Assembly: GCA_002245135.1 (NCBI GenBank)
Contig: NGBS01000030.1
Location: 56,452-76,451 of the forward strand
Source of the DNA: Proteromonas lacertae
Taxonomy: Eukaryota
Direction of reading: 5' to 3'
DNA: 20,000 nucleotides
Shown: positions 1 to 9,494 of the stretch, piece after piece
Layout of the letters: every line of letters begins with the position of its first letter
How positions within the stretch are numbered: the stretch's first letter is position 1
Position numbers and translations under genes: made by a program
The notes under the pieces: generated by a model
What the model was told of the DNA's origin: nothing
Databases searched by the model: none
Seen by the model: the letters and a program-made list of their open reading frames with translations, nothing else

Positions 1-46
1 GTACTAATTAAGTTATGATGGTGAAATGAAAATTTTAAAAATATAT

Positions 47-54
47 TCGTTTCA
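47..54 (+). promoter_or_regulatory. Candidate promoter motif TCGTTTCA (also at 1277-1284 and 9352-9359; reverse at 11951-11958 and 18237-18244)
   Basis: Five exact copies found by eye, all intergenic. Four lie ~40-140 nt upstream of a predicted start codon. Confidence 0.5.
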
Positions 55-96
55 TAGTTTTTCTAAATTTAAAATTTCTTGTGCTTGCATTAATAT

Positions 97-1051
97 ATGG
101 AAGAAATAAATAGGAAAGCTGAAGCAATCAGACAAAATCTATATTATATTACAGATAAATTAGAGAAAAATAGCTTCGTAGTATTAGTTCCTTATTTTGT
201 AATCTTTATTAGTCAAAACCTCTTGTATCTAATTTAAAAATACATCAAAAATATTATCTATTAAGTGAAAAAGGATATTATGAGACAATAGAGTCATTAA
301 AACAAGAAAGTCTACTTTATCTAACAAAGCTTACTAGTATTGCTCAAGATATAATAAGAAAATCACAAAGTGAAAAAGATAATCTAATAGCAATAAAAAG
401 AAGAAAATCTGATTCAGTTCATTTTGAAGTATCTAAACATCTTGATAATCTCAGAGTATTACAATTTTATTTAATATAATATGTATGTAGAATGAATATA
501 AAGAAAAATTGGATAAATTATCATCAAATTTCGTAAGATTAGAAAAAGAATTAGAAATGAAATTAGACATGAAGAATAATCTAGAAAATGAATTAATTGA
601 ATGTAGTAATATAATATCTAGTGCTGTTATAAGTGAAAGTGATTATACAAATAAAATATCAAAGTTTAAAAGTGATATAAATGAATTCAATAATCAAGAA
701 GAAGAAATGAAAGTATATATAAAAGACTATTTTGTTATTTAATAATAATAGAAAAAGATAAATGATATAGAAATAAAAATAAAACAACAAGAAGTCGAAA
801 TTAATAACAACGAAGAAGAAGAAAGTAGTGAAGAAATGAAGAGATTAATAGAAGTTGAGAATGAAATAATAAGATATCAAAACCAACTACATATCCTACA
901 AACACATTGTGATTCTTTAAAAGCCAATATTATTCCAAATAAAACTACTGAAGTGTTGAGAAACAGTGTAGCAGGAAAGAATGAAAAGAAAGAGATTGAA
1001 ATATATGAAAAACTATTTAAAAAAGTAGTAGATGAGTTAAATAACAAATGA
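97..1051 (+). CDS. Hypothetical coiled-coil protein, ~282 aa, 4 exons (97-180, 213-455, 491-712, 752-1051)
   Basis: ATG at 97. Removing GT-AG introns 181-212 (or 178-212), 456-490 and 713-751 joins one open frame (MEEINRKAEAIRQ...VVDELNNK*) that includes track ORFs 509-742 and 836-1051. E/K/L-rich heptad-like composition; no family recognised. Confidence 0.8.
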
Positions 1052-1079
1052 ACATAAATCTATATGAGTTTTTTTATAA

Positions 1080-1102
1080 TTGTTTTGTTGTTGTTGTTGT
1101 TG
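1080..1102 (+). promoter_or_regulatory. TGTT-rich 3' element / (TTG)n downstream of gene 1
   Basis: tgttttgttgttgttgttgttg lies ~30 nt after the stop. A similar TGTT-rich tract (9309-9329) follows the 1419-aa gene. Confidence 0.45.
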
Positions 1103-1345
1103 AATTAATTATCTGTATAAGTGTTGTATAAAGAGAGATTGTGTAGCTAATGATCTAGTTTAAAATCTTGTAAAGAACATACCATACAGTATAGTTGTAT
1201 ATATAAATAGAAATAATAATAATATTCTGTAAATATGGAACATATGGTACATAATTATTTAAGCGTCATATTAATATCGTTTCAAATTATTTTACTTTAC
1301 AAAACAATTGTTTATCAGTGACACAAGTACTTTTGACCTTTCATT

Positions 1346-2411
1346 ATGGCTTCTATTGTTCCAATCAGCTCCATTAATTCAAAAGAAGATAATTATAACT
1401 ACGTATAATATAAAGATTTTTAATCTTTAGTACTTTTCATATAAATTATATAAAAATCAAAAAAAGAAGAGATATCAGACGTTGTGTTATCCAATATCTA
1501 ATACTACTGTTGCAATATGTAATACTCTCTTTTGTATTTTATAAATTGTTATAAATAAATGTATAGTGAATAATAATGAAATAAATGTGATAATTGGATC
1601 GTATTTATCAATGTGGATAAAGAATCCTAAAGATAATTTTGTTTCAAAAACTACAATTTTGAGTAAATTTGAAAAAGAATGTGAAAGTTATATATCATCT
1701 TTCTTTATAGATGAGAAGGTAAGTTGCAATGATTACGTGTTATTTATATGCTTTTTCTTATTTTATAAAACTCCAGATATTCTATCAGTACTAGTCTCAA
1801 TATGTGGTAATACCAGTAACATTTTAATAACCAAAGATAAAATGGATATATTTTGTGATATGTATCAAGTAGAGAAGAAGTTTTATCAAGCAATAATAGA
1901 ATTGTTAGAAGAATCAAAGAATATCTATCCTGACTCAGATAAGAGAGCTTATGATTTAAAGACATTTATAATGTACATGTCAGACAGTTTTAGTATTTTA
2001 ACATCATTAAATAGTATTCAACATACCATAATGAAATTAACTTTTGATCAATTAATGATGGATAGCATACTTTTTAAAAGAAATTACTATTATTTTAAAA
2101 ATAATAACTATACAATCATACCATTTAAAAAAGAAACCTGCTCTGAAAAATTATACAGAATCATGTTTACAAATAAACCTAAACCTTATTATTGTAATTA
2201 TTCTACTAAATACCCATTAGAACAAGAGAAGGCAGTTGTGTTATATAAAATTAAAAGTAGATTTGGTTATTCCAAAAGAAACAATTCTACATTCTTCTAT
2301 TCATTAACACCAAAATCAATTAAACTACAATTACATCAAACTCACAGCCTCTCATCTAGTGTTAGAAAATCCCCTACCTGTAAATTTATAGTTCCTTCAT
2401 TATCAGTTTAA
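1346..2411 (+). CDS. Hypothetical protein, ~334 aa, 3 exons (1346-1402, 1431-1533, 1567-2411)
   Basis: ATG at 1346 (MASIVPISS...). GT-AG introns 1403-1430 (28 nt) and 1534-1566 (33 nt) splice in frame into the 281-aa track ORF. No recognisable domain. Confidence 0.75.
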
Positions 2412-2632
2412 TAATTAGTTAATATTAATAGTATTTATTGTGTAATATATGTTTTGAAGTTTTACTTAAAATATCATAAATTAATAAGATTTTAAAAATG
2501 TCGTTACAAATATGAAGTAAAATACACGAAAAACAATATCTTGTGTGTTTATTCGTTATTTCATATTCATCCAATCAATGCACTTAATTATTGTATAAAT
2601 TCAAAACGATTCATTTTTTTTAATATCACAAA

Positions 2633-4746
2633 ATGGGATTTTTAGAGTTAGGAACACCTCTTTCATTTGAAAAATCTAAGAAATATATTCCATACAGTAT
2701 TTTATATCCATACTGAGATAACTATAGTTCGAGAGCACGGCATTACTCAATTTTTGAACATCTACAAAAAATTTAAGAATGATCATAACCACCAATTTTT
2801 ATGGGGTGATGAAGTTTATATTATTATGTATATATTTTAGATCGAGTACATAATTACTAAGAAAGATGAAGAAACTGGGTTATATAAAGTGTTATTGTGC
2901 TATGATGATTTGATAGATAAAGTAAGAAATGATGAAGAGTATATTATCATTGTTTTTAGCTAATTAGAGATGAAACTTCTTCTTTTCACCCAGAATATGC
3001 AGGTTATATGATAGAAGCCACTCCCAACAAGCCATATGGTAGTTTTATAGGTGATCTCTTAGAAGTGGAAAGAAATATGAATAGAAGAAGAAAAACTGTG
3101 TTAAAACATCTACCAAAAGATTCTCATATATTATCATTAGTTAATTTTCCATATATGGGAGTTGGCGATTTTACAATACCATCTTATAAACCGCATGGAA
3201 CTATTGCATTATCAGATACTATTCCAGATGAAATAATCAATTCTCATCCAAGATTTGCGTATATTTTAATATTAAATAATAATAATAGAACATTAACAAA
3301 AAATATTCGATCAAGAAGAGGTGAAAAAGTGAATATCAATATGCCAATATTTCCTGATACAAATACAAAAGATGTAAAAAAAGGAATCGAAATGGATTGT
3401 ATGGGATATGGAATGGGTTGTTGCTGTTTACAAGTTACTTTTCAAGCTAGAGATTTGGATGAAGCTAGAAAATTGCATGATCAATTAACTGTTATTTCAC
3501 CCATTATGTTAGCATTAACAGCTGCTTCACCTATTTGGCAAGGTAAATTATCTAATGTTGATACACGATGGAATGTAATCAGTGCAAGTTGTGATGATAG
3601 AACCAAAGGAGAAAGAGGATTAGAACCATTAAAACCAGGTGAAAAATTAATACCAAAATCAAGATACAGTTCTATTGATTTATATATTGCTAATACCAAT
3701 AATAATAGACCTGAATATAATGATATTGAAGTACCAATAGATGAAGCATCATATAACAGATTAATCGAAGAAGGTGTTGATGATAAATTGGCAAGACATA
3801 TTGCTCATTTATTTGTAAGAGATCCTTTGGTTGTATTTAATGATAGAATATATGTGGATGATAAAAAAACTTCTGAACATTTTGAAAATTTCCAAAGTAC
3901 CAATTGGCAAAGTGTCCGTTTCAAACCACCACCACTTGAAGGAGAAGTCAATGGTTGGAGAGTTGAATTAAGAACAATGGAAGCACAATTAACAGATTGT
4001 GAAAATGCTGCTTTTTCAATATTTTCTGCTTTATTATCAAGAACTGTGTTATTCTTTGATTTGGATTTGTATATTCCAATATCTAAAGTTGATGAGAATA
4101 TGGAAAGAGCTCATCACATTAATGCAGCGTTGACTGAAAAATTCTGGTTTAAAAGACATATAGTTCCTTTACAGAGTGGTTGTAAGTGTTGCACTCCAAT
4201 TTCATCTGACAGAGATGAATATGGTGAATTTACAGTTAAAGAAATACTTTTAGGTCATGTATAAAATACTTATTTTTATTATGTTTATATAGAATCGTAG
4301 TCCTGGATTAATTCCATTAATATATGCATATTTAGATATTATTGGATGTAAAGGAAATGACTTATTAGTTATTCAAGGATATATGAAAATTATAATAAAT
4401 CGAATAAATGGCACGACGATGACAACTGCTTCATGGATTAGAGATTTCGTAATGAACCATGAAGATTATAAACATGATTCAATTGTAACACCTGTCATCT
4501 TCAATGATTTGATGGATAAATTAATTGAATTTACTGAAAACGGGCGAATGTTGTTGTAATTTATTAGCCAGTATCTATAGTGGAGATATTTTGGATAATC
4601 AAAAGAATACTGAAGAAATATTGAGAGTGAGAATGAGAGGTCAAAGCTTTCACGATGAAATACCATGTGACAAATGTAGAAAAATAACTGAGTTGATAGA
4701 ATCCAAAAAAGAGGAGTTTGAATCTTTTGAAGTGATAGAACTGTAG
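2633..4746 (+). CDS. GCLC: Glutamate-cysteine ligase (gamma-glutamylcysteine synthetase) catalytic subunit, animal/fungal/protist type, ~645 aa, 7 exons
   Basis: Conserved motifs MGFLELGTPL, REHGITQF, WGDE|IEY, PEYAGYMIEATP, HPRF-TLTKNIRSRRG, MGYGMGCCCLQVTFQ, IPKSRYSS, HFENFQSTNWQSVRFKPPP, GWRVELR, GLIPLI and TTASWIRDFV. Introns 2697-2727, 2814-2840, 2939-2967, 3259-3288, 4259-4292 and probably 4556-4580. The last exon is less certain; without it the stop is at 4557-4559. Confidence 0.95.
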
Positions 4747-5004
4747 AATAAACTCCATGATAATTGCTCGTTCATATTTGTTTATTTTTTATAAATCTGT
4801 TGTTAAATATTCTTAATCACATAATCACACAAATAATTGGAATTAAATATATCTTGAAGCATTTGAAAATGTAACATCTTAATAATCATAACAGATGGGG
4901 AAAGTATGAAGAGTAATATTCTAATACAGCTAAAATTGTATTTTTTATTGGCAGTTAGTCTTTTTAATCAAAATTTTTAGTAAACTTAAAGGAAGGAGTA
5001 TTAT

Positions 5005-8000
5005 ATGCCAGAAACATCTGTAAACAATCTATCAGATGACTTCAGTAAATATACTGAAGAATATTCTGAGAACTCACTTAATGAACTATTAGACGGCAAG
5101 GTAAAACAAGAGATATCTGAATACCAAAAGAAAATAGACTCTGAGAAAAATAAATGTTTGACTCATTTAAACAAGTATACTGAGGAAATTGAAGAACATC
5201 AAAGGAATATAGATGAACTTAAACCACAAGCTGATAAAGAATGGGAAGAATATAATAAATCTGGTAAAAAAGAACAAAAAGCCAGAAGTGAAGCTAACAA
5301 AAACCGAGAAAAAGCAATGAAAAAGGAAGCAAAGGAAGATGACGAAGAAATATCAGAAGCAGCTAAAGCAGAAGAAGAAGCTGCTAGATTAAAAGCAAGC
5401 GAAAGTGTAAAATACAGTAAAGATGCTTCAAATCACTTAGAGAACTATGAAGGATTACAGCAAGAAATAGACAAAGAAACAGAATTACGTAATGACAAAA
5501 GGAATAGAAAAGAGCAATTAGAACTTGCTGATGAATGGCTAGATTTCTTCGATAAGGAAGCTGAATATATAACACATTTACATAAACACAATTACTTCTG
5601 TAGAAGACTCCATACATATCAAGATTTAGTAGTAAGATTATTAGACTTGAAAAGTAAATACTGTGAAAGAGATAATAAGAAATTAGTTGAATTAGGAGAA
5701 TTATTTACAAAAGAATCGAAATGTGTAACTGAAATATTTAGACAATTCTATTGTGATTGTTATTTAGAAATATCTCACTTACTAGAGGATGCACAAAATG
5801 AGAAATCAATTAAAAACTTTAAGATAATTAGAGGATATAATGATTTGATTAAGCAATATAAAGATCTATGTAATACTGAAGAGGAATTAGTTACTCCAGA
5901 ATTATTAAGTCTTGAGAATGGTAATAGAATAGTAACAATGGCATTAGATACAGACTCACCCTGTCCAGCTATTGATTTAGTGTTAGAAGAAGACTGTGCA
6001 CTTGATTTTATCACTCCTTCTGAGGATGTTGATGAAGTAAAATCATTATTTAAGAATATATTATCATCTAGAAAAGAGTTGATTAATATAGAAGGGAAGT
6101 ATTTTGAAGAAGTTAAAAAGAGTGTTGCTAATTATATGAAAACATGTTTTGATAGTGTTAAAAGTATTGCTAAAGATATAGAAACATCAAAATCCAATAC
6201 AGTTGCTTTAACAAAGAGTTATAATAAACATCATACATCCTTTGATTTATCAAGTAAGGGGTTCGAAAATAATTTGGAATCAAAAAATACCCCAATTAAA
6301 GAAATGAAATCATTGATAGAAAAAGAGAATAATGTTATTAAAGAACAATATTTACAATCAGTTGTAGTTGAATTAGGTAAAATCAGATCAGATCCATTAG
6401 ATTGTGGTTTAGAGCAATTCAAAACATTGAGACAAATTGATATATATAATGTAGCGAATGATGTTTTATCATGTGCCAAAATAACCAATGAGTTTTATTT
6501 AATATTATTACCACTTCGTGAAACAAAACAAAGATTATTAGAAGAGAATTATAAGTATCAATGGTTTGTAGCTTTGTTTAAACTGATTGAATTGGGTATA
6601 ATAAGTGGTGGCCCAATGAATAAAGATGAATATATAGGACAATTAGCAGATGATATAGATGCTGCAATTAAGAAAATAGAAACTGTAAAAGATGATTTAA
6701 GTTCAACTTATACAACAGTAGAGACTAAAATGATAGAATTAGATAAACAACTAGAATCAATGATAATTAAAGCTGATGAATTTAATGTTTATAGAGATGA
6801 TGATATATATCGTAATCTAACAAATGAAGCACATTATTGTGGTAGACAATTAGGTAATACAAGAGAATCATTGAGTTATCAATATGCATTAATAGAGAAA
6901 AGTCAAAAGAATTGTGAAAAACTATTGGAACAATGGGATTATATGAAGAAAAAGATTGATAGTTTATCAAATGGAGAATTAGAACAAAGAAATTTATTAC
7001 AAGAACAACAAGTTGATGAGAATAATGAGAATGAGAATGAACAAGAATTTAGTAATGATGAAAATATAGAAGTTAATAACAATAATAATATAGTGAGTGA
7101 AAAAATACCATGTCCACCAACTAATTCACCTGAGAATATGTCTAATAATTATGATGATGATGATAATAACATAGAAGATGATCCAAATGAACCAGTAACA
7201 GTACAACAACAACAAGAAATTGAAACACCCAATAAAGTGGATGAGATTCAAGATTCAGAAGTTGTTGAGAATTTCAATAATGATGATGGTGAGAATAGAA
7301 AGGAATCAGTTCAAGAAATACCAGCTCCAGCTGTTTCTACTGATGATTTTAAGTTTAGTGTTGAACAGAATGAAGTAGAAGCTGTAAATGAAACAGAAGG
7401 AGTTATAAAACCTGAAGCTCCATCAGAAGAGCATTTGAGTACAGTTTCACCCCCTGACGAACCACCACTTGAAGAATCTCCACAACCACCACTTGAAGAA
7501 TCTCCACAACCACAACCTCAAGAACAAGAACAAGAGCAACCTCAAGAGCAACCACAACAAGATGAACAACCACAACAAGATGAACAACCACAAGAAGAAA
7601 TAACTCAGCAGGAACAACAACAAGAACAACCTCAGGAAAATTCACCTCAGCAGAATTCACCACAGGAAGAAGATCAACAACAACAACAACCTCAAGAACA
7701 AGAACAGCCTCAAGAGGAACAACAGCAACAAAATGAACAACAACAAGAGAAACCAGCTGCAACTAAAGCAGTAGCTAAACCAAAAAGTCCAAAGAAAGCA
7801 ACAACTGCTGCATCAAAAGCACCTGCAAAACCAGCTGCAAAGACTGCTGCCAAAGCTCCTGCAAAACCTGGTGTTAAAACAGCAACAGCAGCAAAAGCTG
7901 CAAATAAGGTTGTAACAAAAATAACATCTAAGCCTGGTGTTAAAACAGCTCCAAAGTCTCCTGCTAAACCAGGAGTAAAGGCAGCTGCAAAACCTCACCC

Positions 8001-9264
8001 TGTTGATCCAGAAACTGGATTAGTTCCAAAGAAAGAAGATATTCAACCAACAGAATCATCAAATCAAGATATTGAAGAATTGCCATTAAATGATGATGTT
8101 GATGATGAAGAGATTAATAATAATGATGCTAATAATGGAATAACCGATGATGATCAAATTGAAGTATATTTACCGGACACACCAGAAGAAAATGATGAAT
8201 ATGATCATTTAAATGATATTCCAATTAATACAAAACCAAAAGATATTCCAGCTGAAGATTCACCAACAAGAAGAGCATTAGAACAACAACAACAACAACA
8301 ACAACAAGGTAATGATGATTATGATGAAGAAGAGAATAATCAAGATGAAACTGAAGAACAAAATGAAAGAAGAAGAAAAATAAAGGAATTATCTCCAAAA
8401 GATAATCAAAAGGATATTAGTGATAGTACAAATAGTCATGAAATCTCATTTAATTTGTGGAAAAACTTATTAATGTGTCATGTTGAAAACTTTGAAAATT
8501 TCTACCCAACTTCATTTGATATGTATTATTTAGATATAATCAATGTAATTGATAAAATAGCAAAGAATTTGAATATGATATTCTTCAGCTTCCGTGATCA
8601 ACATAAAATATACAATAATGTTTATGTTCAAAATAAAAAGAAGGCTTTAATCACAGCCAATATTACTGTTCTAAACTCTTTGACTGATAGAAATCTAAGT
8701 GAAAGTGAGTTATTTAATAAGAATTACCCACGTGCTGAATATAGATATTTAATGTATGAAAGTAAGTTACAACATGAATCATTTGGTGCTTTAGCATATG
8801 AAGAGTTTGAAGCAATTGAAAAACAGTTGAATGAATTCCAAACTAAATTTAAACCACATTTCTTAGATAATCCAAAGAGTGTAAAGTGTTTACAATTAGT
8901 TCATTTGATTTTATGTGAAATAGCTAATCGTAATAAGAAGATAAGCTTATCTGAACAAAAAGTAATGCATGATTGTCAAATGTTACAACATTATTATGAA
9001 GATTTAGATAATAGTTATGATGTAAGTAAAATTCATTTGAAAAAGAATGTTACACCTAAATTCAAGACGGAATGTGATAATTTGCTGAATGTTGGTAAGA
9101 AGTATAAAGCATTATGTGATAAGTATAACAAAACTTTGATGGGAAGAGGAGGAAGTGGATTTGCTTGTTGTTTTAGTGGTGCTTCAAAAGCAAAGAATTA
9201 CCCAAATATTGAGAGAAATTGGGTATATAAAACTGAAACTCATAATGAATTATCTAGAAGTTAA
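5005..9264 (+). CDS. Large intronless protein, 1419 aa: N-terminal coiled-coil/helical region, acidic and Q/E/P-rich linker, K/A/P/T-rich basic repeats, C-terminal helical domain
   Basis: 4260-nt uninterrupted ORF with an in-frame upstream stop at 4987-4989. Codon usage resembles neighbouring exons. No family recognised. Confidence 0.9.
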   Translation: MPETSVNNLSDDFSKYTEEYSENSLNELLDGKVKQEISEYQKKIDSEKNKCLTHLNKYTEEIEEHQRNIDELKPQADKEWEEYNKSGKKEQKARSEANKNREKAMKKEAKEDDEEISEAAKAEEEAARLKASESVKYSKDASNHLENYEGLQQEIDKETELRNDKRNRKEQLELADEWLDFFDKEAEYITHLHKHNYFCRRLHTYQDLVVRLLDLKSKYCERDNKKLVELGELFTKESKCVTEIFRQFYCDCYLEISHLLEDAQNEKSIKNFKIIRGYNDLIKQYKDLCNTEEELVTPELLSLENGNRIVTMALDTDSPCPAIDLVLEEDCALDFITPSEDVDEVKSLFKNILSSRKELINIEGKYFEEVKKSVANYMKTCFDSVKSIAKDIETSKSNTVALTKSYNKHHTSFDLSSKGFENNLESKNTPIKEMKSLIEKENNVIKEQYLQSVVVELGKIRSDPLDCGLEQFKTLRQIDIYNVANDVLSCAKITNEFYLILLPLRETKQRLLEENYKYQWFVALFKLIELGIISGGPMNKDEYIGQLADDIDAAIKKIETVKDDLSSTYTTVETKMIELDKQLESMIIKADEFNVYRDDDIYRNLTNEAHYCGRQLGNTRESLSYQYALIEKSQKNCEKLLEQWDYMKKKIDSLSNGELEQRNLLQEQQVDENNENENEQEFSNDENIEVNNNNNIVSEKIPCPPTNSPENMSNNYDDDDNNIEDDPNEPVTVQQQQEIETPNKVDEIQDSEVVENFNNDDGENRKESVQEIPAPAVSTDDFKFSVEQNEVEAVNETEGVIKPEAPSEEHLSTVSPPDEPPLEESPQPPLEESPQPQPQEQEQEQPQEQPQQDEQPQQDEQPQEEITQQEQQQEQPQENSPQQNSPQEEDQQQQQPQEQEQPQEEQQQQNEQQQEKPAATKAVAKPKSPKKATTAASKAPAKPAAKTAAKAPAKPGVKTATAAKAANKVVTKITSKPGVKTAPKSPAKPGVKAAAKPHPVDPETGLVPKKEDIQPTESSNQDIEELPLNDDVDDEEINNNDANNGITDDDQIEVYLPDTPEENDEYDHLNDIPINTKPKDIPAEDSPTRRALEQQQQQQQQGNDDYDEEENNQDETEEQNERRRKIKELSPKDNQKDISDSTNSHEISFNLWKNLLMCHVENFENFYPTSFDMYYLDIINVIDKIAKNLNMIFFSFRDQHKIYNNVYVQNKKKALITANITVLNSLTDRNLSESELFNKNYPRAEYRYLMYESKLQHESFGALAYEEFEAIEKQLNEFQTKFKPHFLDNPKSVKCLQLVHLILCEIANRNKKISLSEQKVMHDCQMLQHYYEDLDNSYDVSKIHLKKNVTPKFKTECDNLLNVGKKYKALCDKYNKTLMGRGGSGFACCFSGASKAKNYPNIERNWVYKTETHNELSRS
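7462..8000 (+). repeat. Coding tandem/low-complexity repeats: (PPLEESPQ)x2, (QPQQDE)x2, QPQE-type units, then KPGVKT/KPAAK-type units
   Basis: Exact 24-nt tandem ccaccacttgaagaatctccacaa at 7462-7485 and 7486-7509. 18-nt tandem at 7549-7584. KPGVK occurs three times. A separate (CAA)8 lies at 8284-8307. Confidence 0.9.
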
Positions 9265-9494
9265 AGTAATTATATAAATTATATTAATATATTATTAATT
9301 ATATATAATTGTTATTGTTTTGTGTTGTTCAAAAATAAAATAGAATTATAGTCGTTTCAAAGAATCAAGAATAATTCTTTTGATTTGAAGAATCCAGAAG
9401 ACTCTATAACACACAGGAATATCAAAAGTAAATTTATTCATCATTCTTATACCCATTAACTCCTTGAAAAGCTTGTTCTAGTTAATCAATTAAA

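Noticed and set aside
3926..7474. accaccacttgaag shared between GCLC and the 1419-aa gene
   Set aside because: It is a coincidental PPLE peptide encoded with preferred codons.
1744..7998. Short antisense ORFs in the track (e.g. 1744-1965, 3481-3699, 5775-6014, 7403-7762, 7447-7629)
   Set aside because: They are shadows of plus-strand exons and repeats with no independent coding signal.
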